Origin: Planctomycetota bacterium
GTDB taxonomy: Bacteria; Planctomycetota; JAJSAM01; JAJVHW01
Assembly (NCBI GenBank): GCA_965248445.1
Contig: CBDFJG010000003.1
Span: 128,001 to 192,000 of the forward strand
DNA length: 64,000 nt
Direction of reading: 5' to 3'
Positions 1 to 7,606 of this stretch are shown here, in pieces (the first letter of the stretch is position 1; each line of letters opens with the position of its first letter). Below the pieces are notes generated by a model, which ran no database searches, was not told where the DNA came from, and saw nothing but the letters and a program-made list of their open reading frames with translations. A program made the translations under genes and the position numbers.

Positions 1-414
1 GCGAACGAGACCTCGCCCCTCGCGCGCGCCCGTTCCGATTCCGATACCGATACCGATGATTCCCCCCAACCCCCCGCCGGGGGGAATGGGTTCGCTGCGC
101 TGGCTCCGGCCGCAGCTCGGGACATCGTGCTCCGCTGGGCCAAGCGGGACTCGAAGGGCAGACCCACGGTCCACACCGAGCGAGCCAAGGGCTACCTCCG
201 CGACGGCGTCGAGAACCGACCGAACACCGATTGGCGGATGCGCCTCGAGTGGATCGCCGAGCGCGACCCGAGCGGCTTCGACCACGCGATGCGAGCGCAT
301 CGGAAGAGCTACAGACCACCACCACGGGAGACAGATCGAGGAGTGATTTCAGCATCAAGCCGCAGCGGTACCGCGACGAGGTCATGGGCCTCACGTTCGA
401 CTTCAAGGTCGTAA
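1..414 (+). CDS. C-terminal part of a putative phage replication initiator (5'-partial)
   Basis: Frame 1 is open from base 1; ARARSDSDTDTDDSPQPP linker is typical of phage replication-initiator proteins. Confidence 0.45.
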   Translation, partial: ANETSPLARARSDSDTDTDDSPQPPAGGNGFAALAPAAARDIVLRWAKRDSKGRPTVHTERAKGYLRDGVENRPNTDWRMRLEWIAERDPSGFDHAMRAHRKSYRPPPRETDRGVISASSRSGTATRSWASRSTSRS

Positions 415-622
415 ATGGGCGCCCGGCGATGCAGGTCTGGCGGCACGCCGAGGGGTTGCTGCAGGTCGGCGGAGGCGCTCGTGACGTGGGCTGGTCAGAG
501 GACGGAAGCGAGGTCACCGGCACCGGCATGGCACTCGTCCCGCACCGACCGATGTCACCGATGGCCCCTCCTGACGGCGTCCCCGAGGCGACGGCCGACC
601 TTGACACTACGGAGACAGACCG

Positions 623-1003
623 ATGAAGCACGGACACTTCGAAGAGCACTGGACCGACGACCAAGACCGCCCCGCCGGCGGCGTGAGCAGCGGCCAAGGG
701 TTCACGATCTCGTGGCAGAACGGGCCGCCCGGGAGGCATGTGCCGCTCTGCAAGCCCCCGGCGACGCCGACGAGCGCGGACTCATACTGCGACCCGCTGT
801 GCATGCGCCAGGAGCCGAACGGCGCGTTCGTCGAGGACGTGATCGCGGCCGTCGTCGGGCGCATCGAGTTCTATCAAGCGTCCGAGTTCGCGTGCGGCGA
901 GAACGAGATCGCGCTCGCTCATCTCAGGGCGGCCGCGCGAGAACTCAACGAGCGCACAAAGGACCGCGAGACGCGCAGCGTCGAAGGGACGCACGAGCAG
1001 TGA
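623..1003 (+). CDS. Tad1/Acb2-hairpin family anti-defence nucleotide sponge with a Cys/Pro-rich insertion
   Basis: ISWQNGP...NGAFVEDVIAAVVGRIEFYQASEFACGENEIALAHL...NERTKDRETRSVEGT matches the Tad1 pattern FQxG...G...D...RL..FQ...F...EN..AL.H......N.R..DR..R.V.GT; ATGA-coupled to the upstream ORF. Confidence 0.75.
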   Translation: MKHGHFEEHWTDDQDRPAGGVSSGQGFTISWQNGPPGRHVPLCKPPATPTSADSYCDPLCMRQEPNGAFVEDVIAAVVGRIEFYQASEFACGENEIALAHLRAAARELNERTKDRETRSVEGTHEQ

Positions 1004-1308
1004 CGCTCACTGACGTTCTCCCGTGGTGCGTCACCGTGTTCGTGGCCGCCCACGCGATGGTCTGGTGGCGAGTCTCGAAGAAGTGGGAGCACGCCGCAAA
1101 CCGCTGGCAGGAGACGTGCGACCGGTGGCGCGCGCTTGCGGAGCGCATCCGGCGAGAGGCCGTTGCGCTGGAAGCGGTGGCGCGAAGAGCCGAAGTGAAT
1201 TGCTCATGCGAGCGCCGATACAAGGACGCTCACGAGTGCATGAACGCGAGGCCGGACCGCATTCGCACGGACGGCGTGCCGTGCCTCTGCCGCTACCGAG
1301 CGGCGTAA
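1000..1308 (+). CDS. Phage membrane-anchored hypothetical protein with a Cys-rich tail
   Basis: GTGA overlap with the upstream stop; N-terminal hydrophobic segment, coiled region, CxC...C...CxC. Confidence 0.55.
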   Translation: MTLTDVLPWCVTVFVAAHAMVWWRVSKKWEHAANRWQETCDRWRALAERIRREAVALEAVARRAEVNCSCERRYKDAHECMNARPDRIRTDGVPCLCRYRAA

Positions 1309-1323
1309 CGGGGAGCGCACGCC

Positions 1324-1689
1324 GTGAAGAACGTCAAGTGCACGCTACTCCGCGACAAGAACCCCTGCCGCTTCCGCGCCCGATGGCGCCCCGTCGTCTT
1401 CCTGCTCGTCGACGACGACGACACAGAGACGAACGCCGTCTCGCTCGACAAGCCGACGTGCGGGTGGCACTGCAACCGCGCAACCCTCGACGACGTGCTG
1501 AACGAGGACGAGTGGGACGACATCGCCGAGGAGGTGCTGCTCGCCGGCGGGCGGAGGATCAGCAAGGAGAGCAGCCACGTGCAGTTCCTGCGGCTCGACG
1601 ACAAGATCGATCCGATCGGCGAGAAGTACAATGACGACGACGAGAAGAAGTCGCGGATCGTGGTCGCGCGGCCGTCGCCGACGTGCTGA
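1324..1689 (+). CDS. Phage hypothetical protein
   Basis: GGAG upstream; coding-like composition. Confidence 0.6.
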   Translation: MKNVKCTLLRDKNPCRFRARWRPVVFLLVDDDDTETNAVSLDKPTCGWHCNRATLDDVLNEDEWDDIAEEVLLAGGRRISKESSHVQFLRLDDKIDPIGEKYNDDDEKKSRIVVARPSPTC

Positions 1690-1743
1690 TGCACCGGCTG
1701 TTGGCCCGTGCCCTCAGTGAATTGAGGGAGTAGGCTCCGCAGG

Positions 1744-2115
1744 ATGACCGACCGCGAACTCGACGAACTGGTCACGGAGCACGTCACGGACGGCGAGGGT
1801 GCGCCGCTCCATCTGCACGGGAACTACCCCGACGACATCGCTGCCGCCTGGTGCGTCGTCGAGAAGATGGAGCACGACGGCGAAAGTTTCCACTTGATCG
1901 GCGCCCGGTTCGGAGATGCGTTCGTCGCCTACTTCGGCCTCAACCCTGAGCACATCGCACGGAAGTTCTGGGAGCGCGACGGGGTGCACATCGACGACAC
2001 CGCGGACCAATTGCGCAACGAGGGACACTCACTCGCTGTCGAGTCCCTCAAGCGAGCCCCCCGCGCAATCTGCCTCGCCGCGCTCAAGGCGAGGGGCGTC
2101 GAGGTGCCAGCATGA
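1744..2115 (+). CDS. Phage ABA-sandwich (BC1872-like) domain protein
   Basis: RELDELVTEHV...Y..DIAAAWCVVEKM...APRAICLAALKA motif set. Confidence 0.7.
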   Translation: MTDRELDELVTEHVTDGEGAPLHLHGNYPDDIAAAWCVVEKMEHDGESFHLIGARFGDAFVAYFGLNPEHIARKFWERDGVHIDDTADQLRNEGHSLAVESLKRAPRAICLAALKARGVEVPA

Positions 2116-2747
2116 AGGTCACGGTGGGAACGCTGACATGTGATCACTGCCGTGGTGCAATTGAAAGGCTGCATGACGGTGTCTTGTCGTGGCCGGTCGG
2201 GGACCAACTCCGGTTGCCGGCGGGGCCACAGTGCGGGATCGTCCACCACAACTCGCTGACCGGGAACGCGCTGCTCGGCTGCCACGAACAGTACGACCGC
2301 GAGCACTATCGGACCCGTGGCGCATGGGTCCAGCTCGACGCGCCGAGCGTGATCCCACCAGACGATTGGTGCGCCGAGTTCGGCCAGTTCATCTCCGAGA
2401 TGGTGGTCGGCGGGCTACCACACGTGGAGGCGCTTGCTGTGTGTGTCCGCGTCCTCGTATCCGGGCTTGTCCCCTCTACGAGAGCTCCCGGATCCGACGC
2501 CTGGTCGACTCGCGGCTCGGCACCGACGCGCGCTCCGTCCACTCCTCCAGAGACCCCGCAGGCGCCTTCTCCCGTCGCCACACCAGCACTTCACCGGACG
2601 CCGCGATCTTCCGAGAACTCAACCCATCCGCGACGAGCGCCAGCAGTTTCGCGTCGGTCTCCTCGTCCCACCGCAGCGGTGTCCGGCCGATCTGCGACCC
2701 ACGAGCGCGCGCCGCTTCCATCCCGGACCGCGTCCGCTCGACGATGA
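2112..2747 (+). CDS. Phage hypothetical CxxC protein; the portion after ~2475 is probably read-through into the antisense recombinase
   Basis: ATGA overlap; LTCDHC N-terminus; low-complexity tail overlaps 2476-2747 of the minus-strand gene. Confidence 0.45.
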   Translation: MKVTVGTLTCDHCRGAIERLHDGVLSWPVGDQLRLPAGPQCGIVHHNSLTGNALLGCHEQYDREHYRTRGAWVQLDAPSVIPPDDWCAEFGQFISEMVVGGLPHVEALAVCVRVLVSGLVPSTRAPGSDAWSTRGSAPTRAPSTPPETPQAPSPVATPALHRTPRSSENSTHPRRAPAVSRRSPRPTAAVSGRSATHERAPLPSRTASARR

Positions 2748-3177
2748 TCTCTCGCTCGAGCTCAGCGATTGCGGCCAACAACTGCGCCTGGAACCGTCCG
2801 AACGGACTCGAGTAGTCCAGCACCATCCCCGACTTCCCGATGTGCACCTGGACGCCCAGCTCGCACAACTCGTGAAGCCGCGCCACCACGCCCGGCAGCG
2901 ACCGACCGAGCCGAGACATCTCCCGCACCCAGAGCGCCGCCACACCGCCGGCCCGCGCGTCCGCCATGATCCCTTCGAGCACCGGCCGCTTCGCAGCCAC
3001 GCCCGAGATGCCTGCCTCCTCGCGTACGTCCAGCGGTAGACCCTTCACGCGAGCCCACCCCACGGCGGCGCGGCGCTGGTGGTCGAGATCCTGCTCGTCC
3101 GTTGAGCACCGCAGAAGGGCGACAGCGACGGGGGACGCCGGAGCGCCCCCCTGGTTCGTGGTCGGCTTGTCGGTCAT
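2476..3177 (-). CDS. Small serine recombinase (resolvase/invertase family)
   Basis: LRCSTDEQ catalytic motif, E..ISG...RP, MSRLGRS, AELEREIIVERTRSGM..ARARG..IGR, C-terminal HTH; ATG at 3177 overlaps the upstream TGA. Confidence 0.92.
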   Translation of the reverse strand: MTDKPTTNQGGAPASPVAVALLRCSTDEQDLDHQRRAAVGWARVKGLPLDVREEAGISGVAAKRPVLEGIMADARAGGVAALWVREMSRLGRSLPGVVARLHELCELGVQVHIGKSGMVLDYSSPFGRFQAQLLAAIAELEREIIVERTRSGMEAARARGSQIGRTPLRWDEETDAKLLALVADGLSSRKIAASGEVLVWRREKAPAGSLEEWTERASVPSRESTRRRIRELS

Positions 3178-3506
3178 GCGCCTTCCGCCTTCGCGAGGGC
3201 CGCGCGGGCTGTGGCAATCGGAGACCCTTCGGGTTCCTCGAAGGGTTGCCCCGGCGCGAAGTCCCCGTAGATCGCGACCACGTCGCGCAGCGCCGCCAGT
3301 AGGTCCGGCGCCGCCGCCGCCACGGTGTACGGCATCGTGCGCCACGTCACGTTCCCGTCCGTCACGAGGTCGCAATGCGCGACCCACTCCCGCGCCTCCC
3401 TCTCGCTTGGGAAGTAGAGGGCGCTCCCGTCGGTGTCGCACAACGCGAGCCACGGCCCCGGAGTGTGCGCCGCCCTATCCACGGGACACCGCCTCAACGG
3501 GCTCAC
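3174..3506 (-). CDS. Phage hypothetical protein (HTPGPW...AAAPDLLAAL family); start uncertain
   Basis: HTPGPW, AAAPDLLAAL and ARAALAKAEG motifs common in phage early genes. Confidence 0.65.
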   Translation of the reverse strand: MSPLRRCPVDRAAHTPGPWLALCDTDGSALYFPSEREAREWVAHCDLVTDGNVTWRTMPYTVAAAAPDLLAALRDVVAIYGDFAPGQPFEEPEGSPIATARAALAKAEGA

Positions 3507-3981
3507 GTAGCGTCGAGAAGTGATCGACCATGTACTCGCGCCCCTTTGCGGCCGACAGGCCCGCGCCGAGCACGAACTGGTCCACGATACGCGCGTCGAG
3601 CGTTCGCCCCATCCGCGCCGTAACCGTCCACTGGTAGCCGAGGAACGTGTCGTCCTCGCCCTCCCGCGCCTCTGGGCGCACCACGTACAGGAACTCGATG
3701 TCGCCGTGCAGATCGTTGTACGGGAGACAGTCGAACCCGTCAGGGTCAGCCGCGCAGATCATCGCGGCGACCTTCTCCACGCGGCCGAGGTGGAACTGGT
3801 GGTCGAAGGGGCGGTCGCCCCAGTCGCGCGCCGCGTGCCGCTCCCGGGCCAAGTTCCACGCCTCGACCAGGCACGGCAGCATGTACTCGGGATAGCCGTC
3901 GCAGTGGTGGTACAGCGTGAACGCTCTCGTCTCGCCTCGGTAGTCCTTCGACTCGATGCGGACCTGACTTCTCGTGCTCAT
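3475..3981 (-). CDS. Phage hypothetical protein (MSTRS...YHHxDGYP family)
   Basis: GGAGG RBS before ATG 3981; YHHCDGYP and HGDIEFLY motifs. Confidence 0.75.
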   Translation of the reverse strand: MSTRSQVRIESKDYRGETRAFTLYHHCDGYPEYMLPCLVEAWNLARERHAARDWGDRPFDHQFHLGRVEKVAAMICAADPDGFDCLPYNDLHGDIEFLYVVRPEAREGEDDTFLGYQWTVTARMGRTLDARIVDQFVLGAGLSAAKGREYMVDHFSTLREPVEAVSRG

Positions 3982-4017
3982 CTCATCCTCCGGTAGTCGT
4001 GCTCCGTTGCCGGGAGC

Positions 4018-4150
4018 GAACTGGGTTAGCGAGGACGAGTCTGCCCGATCGTCAGGTGACAATCAAGGGCGCGTCGCGGGGTTTCGAGTCACCCCGTAGG
4101 GGTGGAAATCGTGAGGTGTGCCGGAACCGCCGCAGGTGCTAACCCAGTTC
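4018..4150. repeat. Perfect 13-bp inverted repeat with an internal hairpin
   Basis: GAACTGGGTTAGC (4018-4030) / GCTAACCCAGTTC (4138-4150); internal CACCCC-GTA-GGGGTG. Confidence 0.85.
4038..4066 (-). promoter_or_regulatory. Sigma70-like promoter for the minus-strand cassette
   Basis: TTGATT-N17-CAGACT on the minus strand, about 55 nt upstream of ATG 3981. Confidence 0.55.
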
Positions 4151-4195
4151 CTCAAGACGAACGTCCGGAGGGTGCAGCGGCCCGGCGAGGCGAGT

Positions 4196-4426
4196 CTACG
4201 CGACGGGCGAGGAGTCTACGTCCGCCCAGAACCGACCGCAGCGGGCGGCGTGCTGGTCCGTCCACTCGCGGCGCGTGCGCAGCCACTCGGCAAACGAGGG
4301 AGAGCTCCGCATCGTCGGCGGGCCCTTGACGGCCTCCCTCAAGATGGCCGCCTGCTCCTCGACCTGCGCACGGGTCCAGCCCATGAGTTCGGCTTCGCGG
4401 TCGAGGAAGTCGTCGCGCTCGCTCAT
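4196..4426 (-). CDS. Phage hypothetical protein
   Basis: 76-aa ORF; TAGACT 8 nt before ATG suggests a leaderless transcript. Confidence 0.55.
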   Translation of the reverse strand: MSERDDFLDREAELMGWTRAQVEEQAAILREAVKGPPTMRSSPSFAEWLRTRREWTDQHAARCGRFWADVDSSPVA

Positions 4427-5185
4427 CGCAAGCGAGTCTACAGGGCGGGACCGAGGCCAGCCGGGGGCAGCAACGTCGGCTCACAAGACCGATCCCCGTC
4501 CACCCGTGCGCGCGACCAGACCCAGGGTGACACGCAAGGGTGTGCCGCTGACCGGCTCGGGCCGTGTTGCCCAGCAAGGACTTACGTCGGTCGGCCAGGT
4601 GACACGGAACCGTTCGCTTGATGGCCACCCCTGTCGAGGCTGCCCAGGCTCGGGCCCCCACCCCCGGGAGGCCACCCCCCTGCCCCCCGTCTCCCCTCAT
4701 AGGGGACCCCTCCCCCCGGGGATCGCTGACGATTGGAGTACTCGGCGGCGCCGAGGCTGTGGAGGCCCGATTTCGTCGAGCACGAGCCTGCGGGGTGGAT
4801 CAGTCGGTGACGCCGTCGGGGAGGAGCCCGATCTCGGCGTCAAGGACGGGCGCGTCGACTGTGATGGAGTAGATGTCGGCGGCGAACTGCTTGGCGGAGA
4901 AGGGCCACGCGGGCTGCGCGTCGGGCCCGGCGACGGTGGCGGTGGCTGCGTCGCGGGCTCTGATGAGGGCTTCGCGGAGTCGCTTCTCGGCGTCCGGGCT
5001 GCTCATGGTCTCGATGATATCTGTTTCGCGGGCGCTGCTCCGCCTTCCCAGCGTCTTCGCGAGGCATCGATACCGCACCGGGGGGACAGCTTCGCGTGAC
5101 TTACGCTCGTCGTGGAATCCGCAAGCTCTGTCCGGCGTTCGGGTTACGATTTTCTGAGATTCCCTAAGTCCCGGAGGGCTTGACG

Positions 5186-5503
5186 ATGGCACGCACGGTG
5201 AAGGTCGGCGACGCAGTCGAGCTGGTCGAGAGGCCCGGCTTGGACCCGGTACCGGCGACGGTGCTCGGTGTGCACGAGGGCGTGGACGGTCAGATCGTGG
5301 ACTTGCTGGTCGAGTGCTCGGTCCGTGGTCTGTCGTGGACGGAGCGTTCGGTGGGCCTCGAGGGGAGCCGTTACGCGGCGTCTCCTGCGAAGTGCTGGCG
5401 GTTCGGGGCGGTGCCGGATGGTCAGGCGATTCCGGCGGACAAGCCGGCGAAGCCTCGTGCGGCGAAGCGGTCTCGGAAGCGGAAGACTCCGGCCTCGAAG
5501 TAG
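5186..5503 (+). CDS. Phage hypothetical protein with a basic tail
   Basis: GGAGG RBS upstream; K/R-rich C-terminus. Confidence 0.65.
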   Translation: MARTVKVGDAVELVERPGLDPVPATVLGVHEGVDGQIVDLLVECSVRGLSWTERSVGLEGSRYAASPAKCWRFGAVPDGQAIPADKPAKPRAAKRSRKRKTPASK

Positions 5504-5862
5504 TGCTCACGCGCCGCGGACTGTTCGGTCGTGCGCTTCAGGCGGCGACTCTTGCGGCAACGGCGGCGGTCCTGCCCTCGGTGGTCGAACCGTCTCACGT
5601 GGAACACGCCGAGCGGACGATCGCGGACTGGCGACCGCGCGAGGACTACCACGTTATCGAGCTGCCGCGCGCGTGGGGGCCCTCCAAGCCGCCATCGGAG
5701 AACGGTGGGTGGGGCGTCGCCAACTACACACACGTGCGCCAGTTCGAGGAGCATCTCGGGCGCGTCGAGGACTGCATGACCTGCAAGATGCGCAACTTCC
5801 GGATGGGCCCGGCGCATGAGGACCACGTTGAGGAGATGTCCGGCCTGCGGGGTGTCGTGTGA
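5503..5862 (+). CDS. Phage protein with a twin-arginine (Tat)-like signal
   Basis: TAGTG overlap; MLTRRGLFGRALQAATLAATAAVLP; C-terminal H...CxxC...H. Confidence 0.6.
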   Translation: MLTRRGLFGRALQAATLAATAAVLPSVVEPSHVEHAERTIADWRPREDYHVIELPRAWGPSKPPSENGGWGVANYTHVRQFEEHLGRVEDCMTCKMRNFRMGPAHEDHVEEMSGLRGVV

Positions 5863-6110
5863 GGCTCAGGGGCGCGACGTCCCAGCACCCCGCCTACGTG
5901 CGGCACAGTGCGCGGTGGGCGGTAGACGATTTCCCGCCGCCGAACGTGGCGTTCGAAGTGCACGACGGGAAGCCCGTGGACTGCTTGGAATGTCGCGAGG
6001 CGTGGCTTCTGGACCAGGCGCAAGACGAAGGCTACGAGTGCGTGCCGGGGGCGCCGTCTCTGTGGCTGGCGCGGAAGCGCGCGGAGTACCGTCGGGCGAT
6101 GAGCGGATGA
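5859..6110 (+). CDS. Phage hypothetical protein (H...CxxC)
   Basis: GTGA and ATGA coupling at both ends. Confidence 0.55.
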   Translation: MRLRGATSQHPAYVRHSARWAVDDFPPPNVAFEVHDGKPVDCLECREAWLLDQAQDEGYECVPGAPSLWLARKRAEYRRAMSG

Positions 6111-6889
6111 TGAAGTTGCACGAACCCGGGATTGGCGTTTCGGACGGTCAGGTGCACCGGAGCGAGCGCGCCGTGACGGTGCGCGGCGACTGGAGCGCGT
6201 GGTTCGCCGGGATGTCGAAGGGCGCCGAGGGCCCGGAGACGCCGCTCGCGCGTGAGTTCACGGACTACCGGGACTCCGGTGGCGAGGGGGACCTGCCGAC
6301 CTGGATGCTCATCGGGCCCGCGCAGAAGCGCGTCCGCGGCTGGCCCGGCAAGTATGTCTCCGCCGAGGAGTTTCGTGGGTCGATGCCTGTGACGTTCCCG
6401 CTCCGCCTACCGGGTATGAGCGAGGCGGCGAAGGCGTACTTTGATCGACACAATGGCCCGCTCACGGTCGACATCCCCGCCGAGGAGATGGACACCGACG
6501 AGGTCGCGCTGCTCGCTGAGGGCGAGACCAAGTCGGTGCTCTACCGTCGGCTCCCGGGCGGGGACTACGAACGGGTGGTGGGCCCGTACGAATTCCGGAA
6601 GGGGCCGGTGCCCGGGTCGGCCGGCGCCTCCTTGACCGAGCAGATCATGCAGGGCATCACCGCGCGGTCGGAGCGCATGACGTTCCCGCTCCCGGAGCCG
6701 TCGATGACAGACGAACTCCGCAAGATCCTCGATCAGCAGCGGAACGCGGTCTCGGCGTTGCGCGTGGACGAGTGCGTTCCGGTCCCGCCGCCGGAGGGGT
6801 TCGCGCGGTGCCGCGCTTGCGGGCACCGCGCGGGCCGTGCGCACGGCGATTGCTACTTCACCGGCTACGTCACGAGCTGGCACGCATGA
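6107..6889 (+). CDS. Phage hypothetical protein
   Basis: ATGA coupling; C-terminal CxxCGH...H..C. Confidence 0.6.
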   Translation: MMKLHEPGIGVSDGQVHRSERAVTVRGDWSAWFAGMSKGAEGPETPLAREFTDYRDSGGEGDLPTWMLIGPAQKRVRGWPGKYVSAEEFRGSMPVTFPLRLPGMSEAAKAYFDRHNGPLTVDIPAEEMDTDEVALLAEGETKSVLYRRLPGGDYERVVGPYEFRKGPVPGSAGASLTEQIMQGITARSERMTFPLPEPSMTDELRKILDQQRNAVSALRVDECVPVPPPEGFARCRACGHRAGRAHGDCYFTGYVTSWHA

Positions 6890-7209
6890 CCCCGAACCCC
6901 TGCGCGTTCTGCAACGGCGGCGAGGGTCCGTTCGACGTGGCGGCCGCGAGCGACCATCTGATCTCGGCCGTGAAGGCGAGCGTCAGCGCCGGCCACGACC
7001 GACCGGGAACGGCCGAGAACCTGTGGCTCGCGCTCGTCGAAGTTAACGGCTGCGACTTCTCTTCCAAAAAGGCCGCTGCCGGGCTGGTGGACGCGATCGA
7101 GCGGCACGTCCTGCCGAACCTGCTCCAGGGTGGGTACCGGCGCGTGGCGTACGGACTCCGGGACACGATTGACGCGGCACGAGGATCGTTCGCGAATGTC
7201 GCAGTCTGA
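6886..7209 (+). CDS. Phage hypothetical protein
   Basis: ATGA coupling; N-terminal CxxC. Confidence 0.55.
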   Translation: MTPNPCAFCNGGEGPFDVAAASDHLISAVKASVSAGHDRPGTAENLWLALVEVNGCDFSSKKAAAGLVDAIERHVLPNLLQGGYRRVAYGLRDTIDAARGSFANVAV

Positions 7210-7606
7210 CGAGCGCCTGACGACACCGCAGCTCCGCAAGAAGGCTCTGGAGATCGGTGATCGTCTCCAGATCGCCATTCTCGACGCCGATCGCGAGGAG
7301 GAGATCGCGGCTCGCCTCCGTGCCGAGCGCGACCCGAACGCGGACCCGATGTCGAAGGAAGACTTGCGTCGCACGAGCCAGATCATGAAGCACGTGGAGA
7401 ACGCGGCTCGGTTGCTTCGTGCTGCGCACCGCGCGCGGCGAGCGGGTCGGCAGATCGACATCCTGCTCAGTCCAGCGAAGCGTGCAGCGAGACGCGCGCG
7501 TTCGAGGCCCAAGGTGACGCCCGACGATGCGGTGACGCTGCGACTCCTCGAGCGCAAGAGGCAGCGCGAAGCTGAGAACGCTGGCGATGGCGCGCGCGAA
7601 GGCTAA
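7196..7606 (+). CDS. Basic helical protein, candidate terminase small subunit
   Basis: GAGG RBS; overlaps the start of terL; function inferred from position only. Confidence 0.45.
   Translation: MSQSDERLTTPQLRKKALEIGDRLQIAILDADREEEIAARLRAERDPNADPMSKEDLRRTSQIMKHVENAARLLRAAHRARRAGRQIDILLSPAKRAARRARSRPKVTPDDAVTLRLLERKRQREAENAGDGAREG

Noticed and set aside
4800..5006. Small minus-strand ORF MSSPDAEKRL...
   Set aside because: No clear RBS or motif; cannot be distinguished from chance
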